Positions 52,180 to 63,770 are shown, counted from the first letter of the whole stretch. The stretch: DNA of 63,823 bases, filler included, from Octopus bimaculoides (GCF_001194135.2; 4 parts of 4 records of this genome joined end to end with filler, not necessarily neighbours in it); one strand, 5' to 3'. Made by a program: numbers and translations. Notes: a model not told the origin generated them from the letters alone.

Positions 52180-52706
52180 AAAGTATAATACTGATAATAA
52201 TAAGAATTTGAACATTCCAACTTTATGCTTATTTACTGTTCGTTTATTCATAATAATTGTCTGACACATGTTTCGATCGCATTAAATGCATATTGTTCCA
52301 TATTTATATGCAGTGATTTATGCATTATTACTACAATCTCTTCAGGGTGTATAAATATGACATTGTTCGAAGAGAAAATTTCCTCCATTATTATTTTGAA
52401 TTAGGCTTTGTAATGGTAGTAGAAAAACATGATGCTCATTGCTGAGCTGTTTTTGAGGACCATCATGGTTTACTACCAAGGATAATTCAGACTAATAACG
52501 GAGGAAAATTTCTCTTCGAACAATGTCATATTTATACACCCTGAAGAGATTGTAGTAATAATGCATAAATCACTGCATATAAATATGGAACAATATGCAT
52601 TTAATGCGATCGAAACATGTGTCAGACAATTATTATGAATAAACGAACAGTAAATAAGCATAAAGTTGGAATGTTCAAATTCTTATTATTATCAGTATTA
52701 TACTTT
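52180..52706. repeat. Inverted repeat, 207-bp arms with 1 mismatch, imperfectly self-complementary spacer
   Basis: Arms 52180-52386 and 52500-52706. Confidence 0.95.
52541..52623 (+). ncRNA. Type I hammerhead ribozyme core (mirror copy on - at 52263-52345)
   Basis: CTGAAGA (52541-52547), stem II G52548..C52611 with ~17 possible pairs, GAAAC (52612-52616), ATGT, GTC (52621-52623). Stem I is mismatched at its first pair in this copy. Confidence 0.5.
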
Positions 52707-52836
52707 TGAAGAGATCATAAATTGCTGGCTATAAATATGCAACAATATGCAATTAATGCAATCAAAACATGTATTGGACAATTATTATGAATAAACCAAC
52801 TGTAAATAAACATAAAGTTTGAATGTTCTAATTCTT
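52707..52836 (+). repeat. Diverged tandem copy of the hammerhead-bearing unit (period 165 bp)
   Basis: TGAAGAG at 52542 and 52707; shared ATAAATATG-AACAATATGCA-TTAATGC-AAACATGT-ACAATTATTATGAATAAAC; core positions mutated. Confidence 0.85.
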
Positions 52837-52845
52837 CATTTTCTT

Positions 52846-52907
<62 letters not shown>

Positions 52908-53138
52908 ATATATATATATATATATATACATGCACACATATATTATATACCATCTTCATCATCATCATTATCATACTGCATTCACTTTCCAAGCTAGCAT
53001 CAATAGAATAGGTTCTAATTGTCAAGGATGGGTGAAGAGACAATTGTTCTTTGTACATTTTATTTCTGGCATGGATTACACAACCGGATGTCTTTCCTAA
53101 CACCATTCTCTTCACTGAGTGCAGTCTATATACATATA

Positions 53139-53180
<42 letters not shown>

Positions 53181-53934
53181 NNNNNNNNNNNNNNNNNNNN
53201 NNNNNNNNNNNNNNNNNNNNNNNNNNNNNNNNNNNNNNNNNNNNNNNNNNNNNNNNNNNNNNNNNNNNNNNNNNNNNNNNNNNNNNNNNNNNNNNNNNNN
53301 NNNNNNNNNNNNNNNNNNNNNNNNNNNNNNNNNNNNNNNNNNNNNNNNNNNNNNNNNNNNNNNNNNNNNNNNNNNNNNNNNNNNNNNNNNNNNNNNNNNN
53401 NNNNNNNNNNNNNNNNNNNNNNNNNNNNNNNNNNNNNNNNNNNNNNNNNNNNNNNNNNNNNNNNNNNNNNNNNNNNNNNNNNNNNNNNNNNNNNNNNNNN
53501 NNNNNNNNNNNNNNNNNNNNNNNNNNNNNNNNNNNNNNNNNNNNNNNNNNNNNNNNNNNNNNNNNNNNNNNNNNNNNNNNNNNNNNNNNNNNNNNNNNNN
53601 NNNNNNNNNNNNNNNNNNNNNNNNNNNNNNNNNNNNNNNNNNNNNNNNNNNNNNNNNNNNNNNNNNNNNNNNNNNNNNNNNNNNNNNNNNNNNNNNNNNN
53701 NNNNNNNNNNNNNNNNNNNNNNNNNNNNNNNNNNNNNNNNNNNNNNNNNNNNNNNNNNNNNNNNNNNNNNNNNNNNNNNNNNNNNNNNNNNNNNNNNNNN
53801 NNNNNNNNNNNNNNNNNNNNNNNNNNNNNNNNNNNNNNNNNNNNNNNNNNNNNNNNNNNNNNNNNNNNNNNNNNNNNNNNNNNNNNNNNNNNNNNNNNNN
53901 NNNNNNNNNNNNNNNNNNNNNNNNNNNNNNNNNN

Positions 53935-53979
<45 letters not shown>

Positions 53980-54242
53980 CAGAGGCATCTTTCAGTTTCC
54001 AAAAGCAAAATTCTCTCACAAGGTGTTAATTTGTTCACAGCAATTTGAAACAATTTGAAAGACACAGGCTCAGGGTGCTGTGTAGTGGGACTGAACCTAA
54101 GCCATCTATCTATCTATCTAGCTATCTAGCTGTCTGTCTTTCTATCTATCTGTCTATCTGTGTGTGTGTGTGTGTATTGGGGGTTGTGTATGAAGTTCAA
54201 CAAGTTAGGGAACACTCAATCAGTTGTGAAGGTGAAGATGTT

Positions 54243-54708
54243 GATTTAAAATTTTGGCACAAGGTCAGCAATTTTGAGGAAGGGATTAAGTTGATACATC
54301 AACCCCAGTGCCTTAGTGACACTTATTTTATCAGCCCTGCAATGATAAAAGGCAAAGTCGACCTTGGTGGAATTTGAACTCAGAATGTTTAAGATGGATG
54401 ATCTGCCACTAAGCATTTTGCTCAGTGTGCTAATGATCCTGCTAGCTTGTCCCCTTATGACAGTAAAGGTATTATTATTTATAAGAAGCAAGATGGCAAG
54501 CTGCCAGAACCATTAGCATGCTGGATGAAATGCTTACTGGTATTTCACCTGTCACTACATTCTGAGTTCAAATTCTGCTGAGGTTGACTTTACTTTTCAT
54601 CCTTTTGGGGTCGATAAATTAAGTACCAATGAAACACTGGGGTCAATGTAATCGACTAGTCCCCTCCTCCAAAATTTCAGACCTTGTGCCTTTAGTAGAA
54701 AGAATTAT
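54243..54708. mobile_element. Head-to-head pair of SINE C copies (54243-54457 -, 54490-54708 +)
   Basis: GGCAAAGTCGACCTTGGTGGAATTTGAACTCAGAATG versus CATTCTGAGTTCAAATTCTGCTGAGGTTGACTTT. Confidence 0.85.
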
Positions 54709-54893
54709 TTATAAGAAACACAGAAGATCTTGAAAAATGGTGAAATAAATTTAATATTCCAGTCAGGAAAACCTGGGTAGCTGAATTTCGCAACACTTTT
54801 TGAATGTTTCTTCTTCTTAATAATAATAATGATAATAATATTAATAATTATAATAATACAGAGATTCATAAATAGATAGATTGATACATACAT

Positions 54894-54933
<40 letters not shown>

Positions 54934-55499
54934 GCGCGCGTGCACATACATGCACATACACACACACCCAGTTCATTGATATTCTACTCCATTTTGTTTG
55001 CTGAAATGACCAGAATGTGATAATATCCATTTCAGTATACAAGTTCACATTGAATTCTTTGCTAAATAGTTTAAAAGAAATGAATAGAAGCTTGTTTCTA
55101 AAGATATTGTAAGTTTATTTCATATTGGGTGTATGTCTTTAAAAACACTGTTTTACTGATTATGATACCCTTTCTTGGTTAGCCTTAGAGACTGTCTTTT
55201 TTTTCAATGACATTTTTCTATTAAAACCACTTTATAATGCTACCCATTCATGACATCAGGATTGTTATTAACAATTTCAGCTATCTATAAATCAACAACA
55301 AATCTATCAGGTATATGTACAACCGATTGTATCAACTAACAGCACCTAAAATAACTATCATTCTTCCAGTTCTCACTCCAATTATGAATAAATTCTGTTT
55401 GTTGAATTCATATTGACACTAACTCATAACGCTGACACTAGAAACTTCCAGTGATCAAATATCTTGTTCAGAAAAACTAAAACTGCACTCCCTTGGCTA

Positions 55500-56085
55500 A
55501 TGTGTTATATGTGCCTAATACATACATTGATAACCATGTACCTCCTCTATAGCAAGGCACCTGTTTTTGCCTCTCTATTTCTCTGTTGCATTCTAACCTT
55601 TCCTCATTTGACACCAGATCACCTCCTCCAGTGCCCTCTCCATTATAGCAAGATACCTGTTTCTACCTCTCTGTCACACTCTAACCTTTCATTCTCTGAC
55701 ACGAGTTCCCCTCCTCAAATACCCTTGCCACTCTCAAAATTCCTTGTCATGTGATTTACTTGGAGACCCTGCCAGTGCTAGTACAAAGTAAAAAGCATCC
55801 AGTCCACACTGTAAAGTGGTTGGCATTTGGAAGGGCATCCAACTGTAAAAATCATGCTAAAACTAACCTTGCTTGTGCTAGTGCCATGTAAAAAGCATGG
55901 AGTCCACTCTGCAGGGCAGTTGGTGTTAGGAAGGGCATCGAGCTGCAAAAACCCTAGCAAAACAGACATAGTAGCCTGGGATTGTCTTCCACCTGGCTGG
56001 CTTCTGTCAACCATCCTACCCATGTTGGCATGGAAGATGGACATTAAACGATGATGACGACGATGAGGACGATGTATGTGTGTGT
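55500..56085 (+). mobile_element. RTE-type 3' UTR/tail element ending in (GAT/GAC)n
   Basis: GGAGACCCTGCCAGTGC...GTAAAGTGGTTGGCATTTGGAAGGGCATCC (block present twice)...CCCATGTTGGCATGGAAGATGGACATTAAACGATGATGAC. Confidence 0.7.
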
Positions 56086-56179
56086 TTGTGAGTGTAAGTG
56101 TGTGTGTATATGTGTGTGAAGGCACATGGCTCAGTGGTTAGTGTGTTGCACTCATGATTCTGTGTCAGTGAGACATAGA

Positions 56180-56565
56180 ACAGTATAGTGAAAAGCAACA
56201 GAATGCTAGATGTGTTCCATTAAAGATTCTTGAGAAGGATTTTCAAGAATGTCCACACCCAATGAAAACATTTAAAAAAGAGCCAGCACAAGACCACTTG
56301 GTGAAATTGTCAGAGAGCGAAGATTACAGCTAGCAGATCATATACCCCAGCTACCAAAACAAAGTCATTCTAAAGCAGCTTTAAATAGACACCACCAGAG
56401 AGAAAAAGTTAGAGAGGAAGACTGAAAAGTACATGGCACTGAATATTCGTAACTGACAAAGAGAGGCCAATATCCCATGGACAGATGAAAGGAAAACCAT
56501 AGCCAATAGAAACTGGTGGCATCAACTTGCTACTCAATGTGCTCAAGAGAACAGAAAAAAACTGA
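56180..56565 (+). mobile_element. RTE-type LINE ORF C-terminus, degenerate
   Basis: Across frameshifts: RMLDVFH*RFLRRIF; NENI*KRASTRPLGEIVRERRLQLADHI; TPPERKS*RGRLKSTW; EANIPWT...IANRNWWHQLATQCAQENRK. Confidence 0.8.
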
Positions 56566-56923
56566 TACTGATATAGAATATGTATATATATCTATACATG
56601 TGTGTGTGCATATATACATGTATATATGCATATAAATAAGGATAAGATCGATATTTAAAATATTGATCTTATCAAGTGGTCAGCATGGGAATAAAAACCA
56701 TCAAAGGTAATAATTATTTAAAATTATAATACAGGGTATCTAAGAGATACCACCACGCTGAAAAATAGCAGTCAAATCCTGACTCTAAAACCACAATAAA
56801 TGTCCACATAGCATGAGTAGCGAAGACGAAGACCAAATAAACCAGTAAAAATAACAAGATAATTCCAAATCCTGGATTTCTAGCTTTGCATAAATAATAA
56901 TGCTTAGCCTTCATTGTATATGC

Positions 56924-56954
<31 letters not shown>

Positions 56955-56966
56955 TGTATGTATGTA

Positions 56967-56972
56967 TGTATG

Positions 56973-57007
<35 letters not shown>

Positions 57008-57219
57008 ATATATATATATATAATTAAGGGATCAGCAAAATATTTGCTTCACCATATACCGAAGTTCAGAAAATAGCAGCTAAAAAAGCTGAGAATCTCA
57101 CAGATAGCATCAAGTGATGCTATCTGTGAGATTCTCAGCTTTTTTAGCTGCTATTTTCTGAACTTCGGTATATGGTGAAGCAAATATTTTGCTGATCCCT
57201 TAATTATATATATATATAT

Positions 57220-57254
<35 letters not shown>

Positions 57255-57260
57255 CATACA
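56967..57260. repeat. Perfect palindrome, 146-bp arms, 2-nt loop, ending at a gap
   Basis: Centre at 57113-57114; symmetry includes identical (TATC)8/(GATA)8 and 18-nt TA runs. Confidence 0.95.
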
Positions 57261-57709
57261 NNNNNNNNNNNNNNNNNNNNNNNNNNNNNNNNNNNNNNNN
57301 NNNNNNNNNNNNNNNNNNNNNNNNNNNNNNNNNNNNNNNNNNNNNNNNNNNNNNNNNNNNNNNNNNNNNNNNNNNNNNNNNNNNNNNNNNNNNNNNNNNN
57401 NNNNNNNNNNNNNNNNNNNNNNNNNNNNNNNNNNNNNNNNNNNNNNNNNNNNNNNNNNNNNNNNNNNNNNNNNNNNNNNNNNNNNNNNNNNNNNNNNNNN
57501 NNNNNNNNNNNNNNNNNNNNNNNNNNNNNNNNNNNNNNNNNNNNNNNNNNNNNNNNNNNNNNNNNNNNNNNNNNNNNNNNNNNNNNNNNNNNNNNNNNNN
57601 NNNNNNNNNNNNNNNNNNNNNNNNNTTCATCAACAACTGCAGGACAAATTTTTCAAAAATATGATCCTCAACCAAATTGTGTCAATGCTAAAACACATGG
57701 ATACACTCA

Positions 57710-57782
<73 letters not shown>

Positions 57783-57950
57783 GTACAGATAAAATTGCAT
57801 CTAATGGTGTAATGTAATAGGCATATACAATAAGTACTCAGGTTGGTTCACCACTAAAACTCCAACTTGACCGGCAACTAAAACAAAAGTGGATGTTTTA
57901 GTTGCCTCACAATGATGATCTGTAAGTGGTTCCTGATTGAGTGAAGAGAT

Positions 57951-58268
57951 TGTTGTATAGTGAAACTGGACATCCCTCCTGGTAAAAAGCTATTATAAAT
58001 AGACCAGCAGCCATCAGCAGGGAGAAGGTTGAGAGTATGTGTAGACTGTGTTGATAGTTGTGTCTGTGCTGTATAGTAATTATACTGCGATACTGAGTGG
58101 ACGTTATATCGATCCAATCTTTTGAGGATAATAACATTGTATGACTAGAGATCATACAGTACCAGATAGAACCATTTTATTGATGACTTTGGAATATAAC
58201 AATGTCTGTCAGAGCTCAACCATCATCAAAAGACATATACAGCAGTGGCAAAAAACTGTTTTACAACA
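57951..58268 (+). mobile_element. Gypsy-type 5' LTR (318 bp)
   Basis: TGTTGTA...TACAACA 7-bp inverted termini, internal TATAAATA, followed at 58270 by PBS-like TGGCGATGAAGG. Confidence 0.8.
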
Positions 58269-58412
58269 GTGGCGATGAAGGAAAACAGATTTACAAGGAG
58301 AAAGAAAAAACATTCACACAGAAAATTTAAACTAATTCACACGGAGAATTAAATACCTTGACAAAATAGAAACCAAAATCTTTGTTGTGCAAACTTACGA
58401 AAATTGTAAAAT

Positions 58413-58690
58413 ATGGAAGACTTGTTAGCTGGGATTGTTGAGTTGCAAAAACAGCAACAACAAGTCAAGGAACAATGAGAACAACATCAAAGATTGCAGC
58501 AGTAAAAGTTACAACTAATGATAACCAAAGATAAGTTGATAACCAAATCGGAGAATACATTTTCACCTGACCATGTAGCAAATTCCATAAGTGAATTCAA
58601 ATATAACCCCAAAGAACGAGTAATCTTTGAGGCTTATTTTTGAAGATTTCAACAAATCTTTGAAAAATAATGCCAGGATTGGACACACAT
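58413..58690 (+). pseudogene. Gypsy gag N-terminal remnant with in-frame stops
   Basis: MEDLLAGIVELQKQQQQ...ENTFSPDHVANSISEFKYNPKERVIFEAYF*RFQQIFEK*CQDWT resembles the Gypsy gag N-terminal motif (ANSISEFxYxP...TFEAWFxRYEDIFxxDCxxW); it lies downstream of the LTR and PBS. Confidence 0.75.
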
Positions 58691-58699
58691 TATGAAAAT

Positions 58700-59059
58700 G
58701 CATTTAGCTTTAAGTTTTTTTTTTGTGGAGATACCTGAAAGAGAGGGTTTACGTCAACAAACCAGAGATCCTGGTGCAATTGAAGGAAAACATCAATAGA
58801 GAAATCAGAGAAGTGGGGTCTGAAACACTTGTGGGTGTTATGGTGCAAGTTTTGGAAAGAGCATGGGTGAGCAAAGCTGAAAATGGCAACCATTTAAGCG
58901 ATGACATTTTTCATATGTGATGTGGTGGTGCAAAATTTGACTTGTGCATATTAATTTCCATTATGTTTTTTATATTGAATCAAAATTTCATGCATTTATT
59001 TGTAAAGCTAAGGAAGTTATTAAAAATTCAAACCCGTCAGTGACTTTTAGGACACCCTG
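58700..59059 (+). mobile_element. Tc1/mariner-superfamily 3' end (transposase C-terminus and TIR)
   Basis: FFLWRYLKERVYVNKPEILVQLKENINREIREV...VLERAWVSKAENGNHL; ends GTGACTTTTAGGACACCCTG followed by TA. Confidence 0.85.
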
Positions 59060-59204
59060 TATATATGTATATATATGTGTGTGTGCGTGTGTGTGTGTAT
59101 ATATATATCCTTATATTGTGCTTGTAACAGTGTGAACTTGCTAGACACCTTATTATTACCTTATTAATGCTATTAATAACAGAAATAATACTTCTTTATA
59201 TATA

Positions 59205-59770
59205 TCATCATCATCATCATCATCATCATCCCCACCACCATTTAGCGTCTGTTGTCTATGCTGGTATGGGTTGGACAGTTTGACCAGGGCTGATAAGCTG
59301 AGGGGCTGCACCAGACTCCAGGCTGATCTGGCATGATTTCTATGGTTGGATACCCATCCTAGCACCAACCACTCCAAGAGTGTAATGAGTGTTTCTACAT
59401 GACACCAGTATCTTCCACGACTATGATTTCACTTGGCTTGATGGGTCTTCACAGCATATTGCCAAAGGGCTTGGTCATTTGTCATTACCTCTGTGAGGCC
59501 CAACGCTTATAAGGTGCTTTTTTTTTCACATGCCAATTACACAGCACCAGCACTGGCCACATTGCTTCCATAAGGCTCAGTGCTCAAAAGGTGCTTTTTA
59601 TGTGCCACTGGCATCGATGCCAGATACTTGACTCTGGCATTGGCCGTAACTATGATTTCACTTGGCTTGACCAGTCTTCTCAAGCACTGCATATTGCCAA
59701 AGGTCGCATTCACTAGTCATCTCCTCTGTGAGGCTCAACATTCAAAGATCATGCTTCACCACCTCATCCC
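59205..59770 (-). mobile_element. RTE-type tail element with an internal direct duplication
   Basis: (CAT)n tail at 59205; CTATGATTTCACTTGGCTTGA...CATATTGCCAAAGG block at ~59420 and ~59650. Confidence 0.7.
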
Positions 59771-61136
59771 ATGTATATATACAAACATACATATATATGT
59801 ATGTATAGATAATAACACATGCATAAAGATACATGTATAATGTTCAGATGACTTGTTGACTTGTGTGTCTAATGGGATTATCATGAACAGATGATTTTGC
59901 AAATAACAGTTTGTTCAGAGATACACACAAAGGAACACATGGAAGATAGATAAAAAGAAAGAGAGAAAGAAAGAGAGAGAGAGAGAGAGAGAGGGGAGAG
60001 GCAGAGATATAGCGAGAAGGAGTGGTGAGATATACGATATATAACAGTCTGTGAGTTTATGAACATGTAATATGCAGCTGAGATATTGAGTTAAGTGTCA
60101 ACCACATTATCAACACATGCTTGACAGTGCTTGATGCTGCTTCTGTTGTTGTTGCAATTGTGAGTGGTGGTGGTGGTGGTGGCGGTGGTGGTGTTGGTGG
60201 TGGTGGTGGTGGCAGTGGTGGTGGTGGTGATGGTGGTGGTGGTGGTNNNNNNNNNNNNNNNNNNNNNNNNNNNNNNNNNNNNNNNNNNNNNNNNNNNNNN
60301 NNNNNNNNNNNNNNNNNNNNNNNNNNNNNNNNNNNNNNNNNNNNNNNNNNNNNNNNNNNNNNNNNNNNNNNNNNNNNNNNNNNNNNNNNNNNNNNNNNNN
60401 NNNNNNNNNNNNNNNNNNNNNNNNNNNNNNNNNNNNNNNNNNNNNNNNNNNNNNNNNNNNNNNNNNNNNNNNNNNNNNNNNNNNNNNNNNNNNNNNNNNN
60501 NNNNNNNNNNNNNNNNNNNNNNNNNNNNNNNNNNNNNNNNNNNNNNNNNNNNNNNNNNNNNNNNNNNNNNNNNNNNNNNNNNNNNNNNNNNNNNNNNNNN
60601 NNNNNNNNNNNNNNNNNNNNNNNNNNNNNNNNNNNNNNNNNNNNNNNNNNNNNNNNNNNNNNNNNNNNNNNNNNNNNNNNNNNNNNNNNNNNNNNNNNNN
60701 NNNNNNNNNNNNNNNNNNNNNNNNNNNNNNNNNNNNNNNNNNNNNNNNNNNNNNNNNNNNNNNNNNNNNNNNNNNNNNNNNNNNNNNNNNNNNNNNNNNN
60801 NNNNNNNNNNNNNNNNNNNNNNNNNNNNNNNNNNNNNNNNNNNNNNNNNNNNNNNNNNNNNNNNNNNNNNNNNNNNNNNNNNNNNNNNNNNNNNNNNNNN
60901 NNNNNNNNNNNNNNNNNNNNNNNNNNNNNNNNNNNNNNNNNNNNNNNNNNNNNNNNNNNNNNNNNNNNNNNNNNNNNNNNNNNNNNNNNNNNNNNNNNNN
61001 NNNNNNNNNNNNNNNNNNNNNNNTATATATGTGTGTTTGTGTTTTTCCCTCCCATCAAGGTGGTGCTCCAGCCTGGTCGCAGTCAAATGACTCAAACAAG
61101 TAAAAGAGTAAAAGAATATCGCGAGTTTTACCTTGT

Positions 61137-61340
61137 AGAGTACCATTTCCTGAGTGGAGTATTGACCTTGAATACCTTTTAAGGACTTTTGCCAGAGTAC
61201 CATTTCTTGAGAGTAGTACTGATCTTGAGGGGTTCTTTTCAGGATGTTTGGCATTTAAAGATTTCTTTTAAAAGATTTAATTCAGAGTACCATGTACTCA
61301 GTGGAGTACATACCTTGAAGTATCTCTTTATAGGATTTCA
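61137..61340. repeat. Degenerate ~57 bp tandem repeat, 3 copies
   Basis: AGAGTACCAT...GAGT...CCTTGA at 61137, 61194 and 61284. Confidence 0.7.
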
Positions 61341-61720
61341 GTCAGAAACATGGATATGTGCAAGACAACAAAATGGAAGCTGTTGTCATTTTAAAGTGTG
61401 TGTGTGCGTGTAATCTGAGTAAAATTATTACAAGATATCAGTCAACGTGTTAATATATCAAATTCTTTGAAATTTCTCCAAAGCAATATATTACCAGAAC
61501 CGATTGACCTTTGTTTTCTCTCTTCTTCCCTTTCTTCCTCTTCCACTTCCTCGTCTCCGTGTGTGTATATGCACATGTATGTGTATATGTGTTCATGTAT
61601 GAGTGTATGCATGTGTCTATTTCTGTGCGAGTGTGTGTGTGTGTGTGTGTGTGCGTGTGTGTGTATATATATACACATAAATATATATATATATATACAT
61701 ATATGTATATATATATATAT

Positions 61721-61820
61721 NNNNNNNNNNNNNNNNNNNNNNNNNNNNNNNNNNNNNNNNNNNNTTAATTAATTAANNNNNNNNNNNNNNNNNNNNNNNN
61801 NNNNNNNNNNNNNNNNNNNN
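61721..61820. other. Artificial assembly linker (44 N + TTAATTAATTAA + 44 N)
   Basis: Same layout as the other two linkers. Confidence 0.9.
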
Positions 61821-62279
61821 GTTGTGGTGGTAGTGGTGGTGGTGGTTGTGGTGGTAGTAGTTGTGGTGGTAGTAGTTGTGGTGGTGGTTGTGGTAGTTGT
61901 GGTAGTGGTGGTGGTTGTGGTGGTAGTGGTGTTGGCAATGATCATGGTGATGGCAGTTGTGATAGTGGTGGTTGTAGTGGTTATGGTATTGGTTTGGTAG
62001 CAGTATTGGTAGTAGTGGTAGCAGTGGTAGTGATGGTGTCAGTAGTGGCAATGATGGTGGTGATGATGGTGGTGATGATATGGTGTAGTGGTATGTGTAT
62101 ACAACCCTAGGTCACCGCTGATCCCATGGTGACCTAGGATCAGAGGTCGCCATGCTGACTTCTTATTACTATGGTGATCAGAGGTCACTATGGTGGTCCT
62201 ATAACAGTGCCCCAATAATTACAAGTATAAACCTGAACGTGTCATTTGTATATAATCATCGTCATCGTTTACGTCAACC

Positions 62280-62392
62280 CCAGCGACCCCCGAAAGGATG
62301 AAAGGCAAAGTCGACCTCAGTGGAATTTGAACTCAGAACTTGAAGACAGACAAAATACTGGTGTGCTAATGACTGTGGCCAGCTCATCACAT
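62280..62392 (-). mobile_element. SINE family C fragment
   Basis: CGACCCCCGAAAGGATGAAAGGCAAAGTCGACCTCAGTGGAATTTGAACTCAGAAC. Confidence 0.8.
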
Positions 62393-63624
62393 TAATAATG
62401 ATGATGATGATGATGATGTCTGTCTGTCTGTCTGCCTGTCTCTTTGTCCTCTCTCTNNNNNNNNNNNNNNNNNNNNNNNNNNNNNNNNNNNNNNNNNNNN
62501 NNNNNNNNNNNNNNNNNNNNNNNNNNNNNNNNNNNNNNNNNNNNNNNNNNNNNNNNNNNNNNNNNNNNNNNNNNNNNNNNNNNNNNNNNNNNNNNNNNNN
62601 NNNNNNNNNNNNNNNNNNNNNNNNNNNNNNNNNNNNNNNNNNNNNNNNNNNNNNNNNNNNNNNNNNNNNNNNNNNNNNNNNNNNNNNNNNNNNNNNNNNN
62701 NNNNNNNNNNNNNNNNNNNNNNNNNNNNNNNNNNNNNNNNNNNNNNNNNNNNNNNNNNNNNNNNNNNNNNNNNNNNNNNNNNNNNNNNNNNNNNNNNNNN
62801 NNNNNNNNNNNNNNNNNNNNNNNNNNNNNNNNNNNNNNNNNNNNNNNNNNNNNNNNNNNNNNNNNNNNNNNNNNNNNNNNNNNNNNNNNNNNNNNNNNNN
62901 NNNNNNNNNNNNNNNNNNNNNNNNNNNNNNNNNNNNNNNNNNNNNNNNNNNNNNNNNNNNNNNNNNNNNNNNNNNNNNNNNNNNNNNNNNNNNNNNNNNN
63001 NNNNNNNNNNNNNNNNNNNNNNNNNNNNNNNNNNNNNNNNNNNNNNNNNNNNNNNNNNNNNNNNNNNNNNNNNNNNNNNNNNNNNNNNNNNNNNNNNNNN
63101 NNNNNNNNNNNNNNNNNNNNNNNNNNNNNNNNNNNNNNNNNNNNNNNNNNNNNNNNNNNNNNNNNNNNNNNNNNNNNNNNNNNNNNNNNNNNNNNNNNNN
63201 NNNNNNNNNNNNNNNNNNNNNNNNNNNNNNNNNNNNNNNNNNNNNNNNNNNNNNNNNNNNNNNNNNNNNNNNNNNNNNNNNNNNNNNNNNNNNNNTATCT
63301 ATCTATCTATCTTTCTATCTATCTATCTGTCTATCTATCTATCTATCTATATATGATCATCAATACACACACACACACACACACACAAGCTCATGTATGT
63401 TGTTTAAGGCTACATGTTGTGCCCCGAGTGAGAATATAATCAGACACAGCTGATCAGTGAGAAAGAAAGGAAAAACCGACAACAAAGGAAAATGTGAGGA
63501 AGAGACAAGAGACAAGAGAAAGAAAATGTCGTGTTAGCATTTTAAAATATTCAAGAGAAGAGCTTAAAAAATGCACCAAGGCTGATAACTTGGGTGATTT
63601 GCATACATCTATTCTATACTGGCA

Positions 63625-63770
63625 GTTATGACCACAAGGGTTCCAGTTGGTCCGATCAATGGAACAGCCTGCTTGTGAGATTAATGTGAAAGTGGCTGAG
63701 TACTCCACAGACATGTGAGCATTTAATGTAGTTCTCAAGGAAATTCACAGTGTGACACAGAGTGTGACAA
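63625..63770 (-). mobile_element. SINE family A 3' fragment
   Basis: GGGTTCCAGTTGGTCCGATCAATGGAACAGCCTGCTTGTGAGATTAATGTG...GTGTGACACAGAGTGTGACAA. Confidence 0.8.

Noticed and set aside
56736-56770. TACAGGGTATCTAAGAG as the 5' TIR partner of the element ending at 59059
   Set aside because: Only a short partial match and no transposase sequence follows it.
57955-57990. GIY-YIG-like YSETGHPS as a Penelope endonuclease
   Set aside because: Better explained as the start of the Gypsy LTR.
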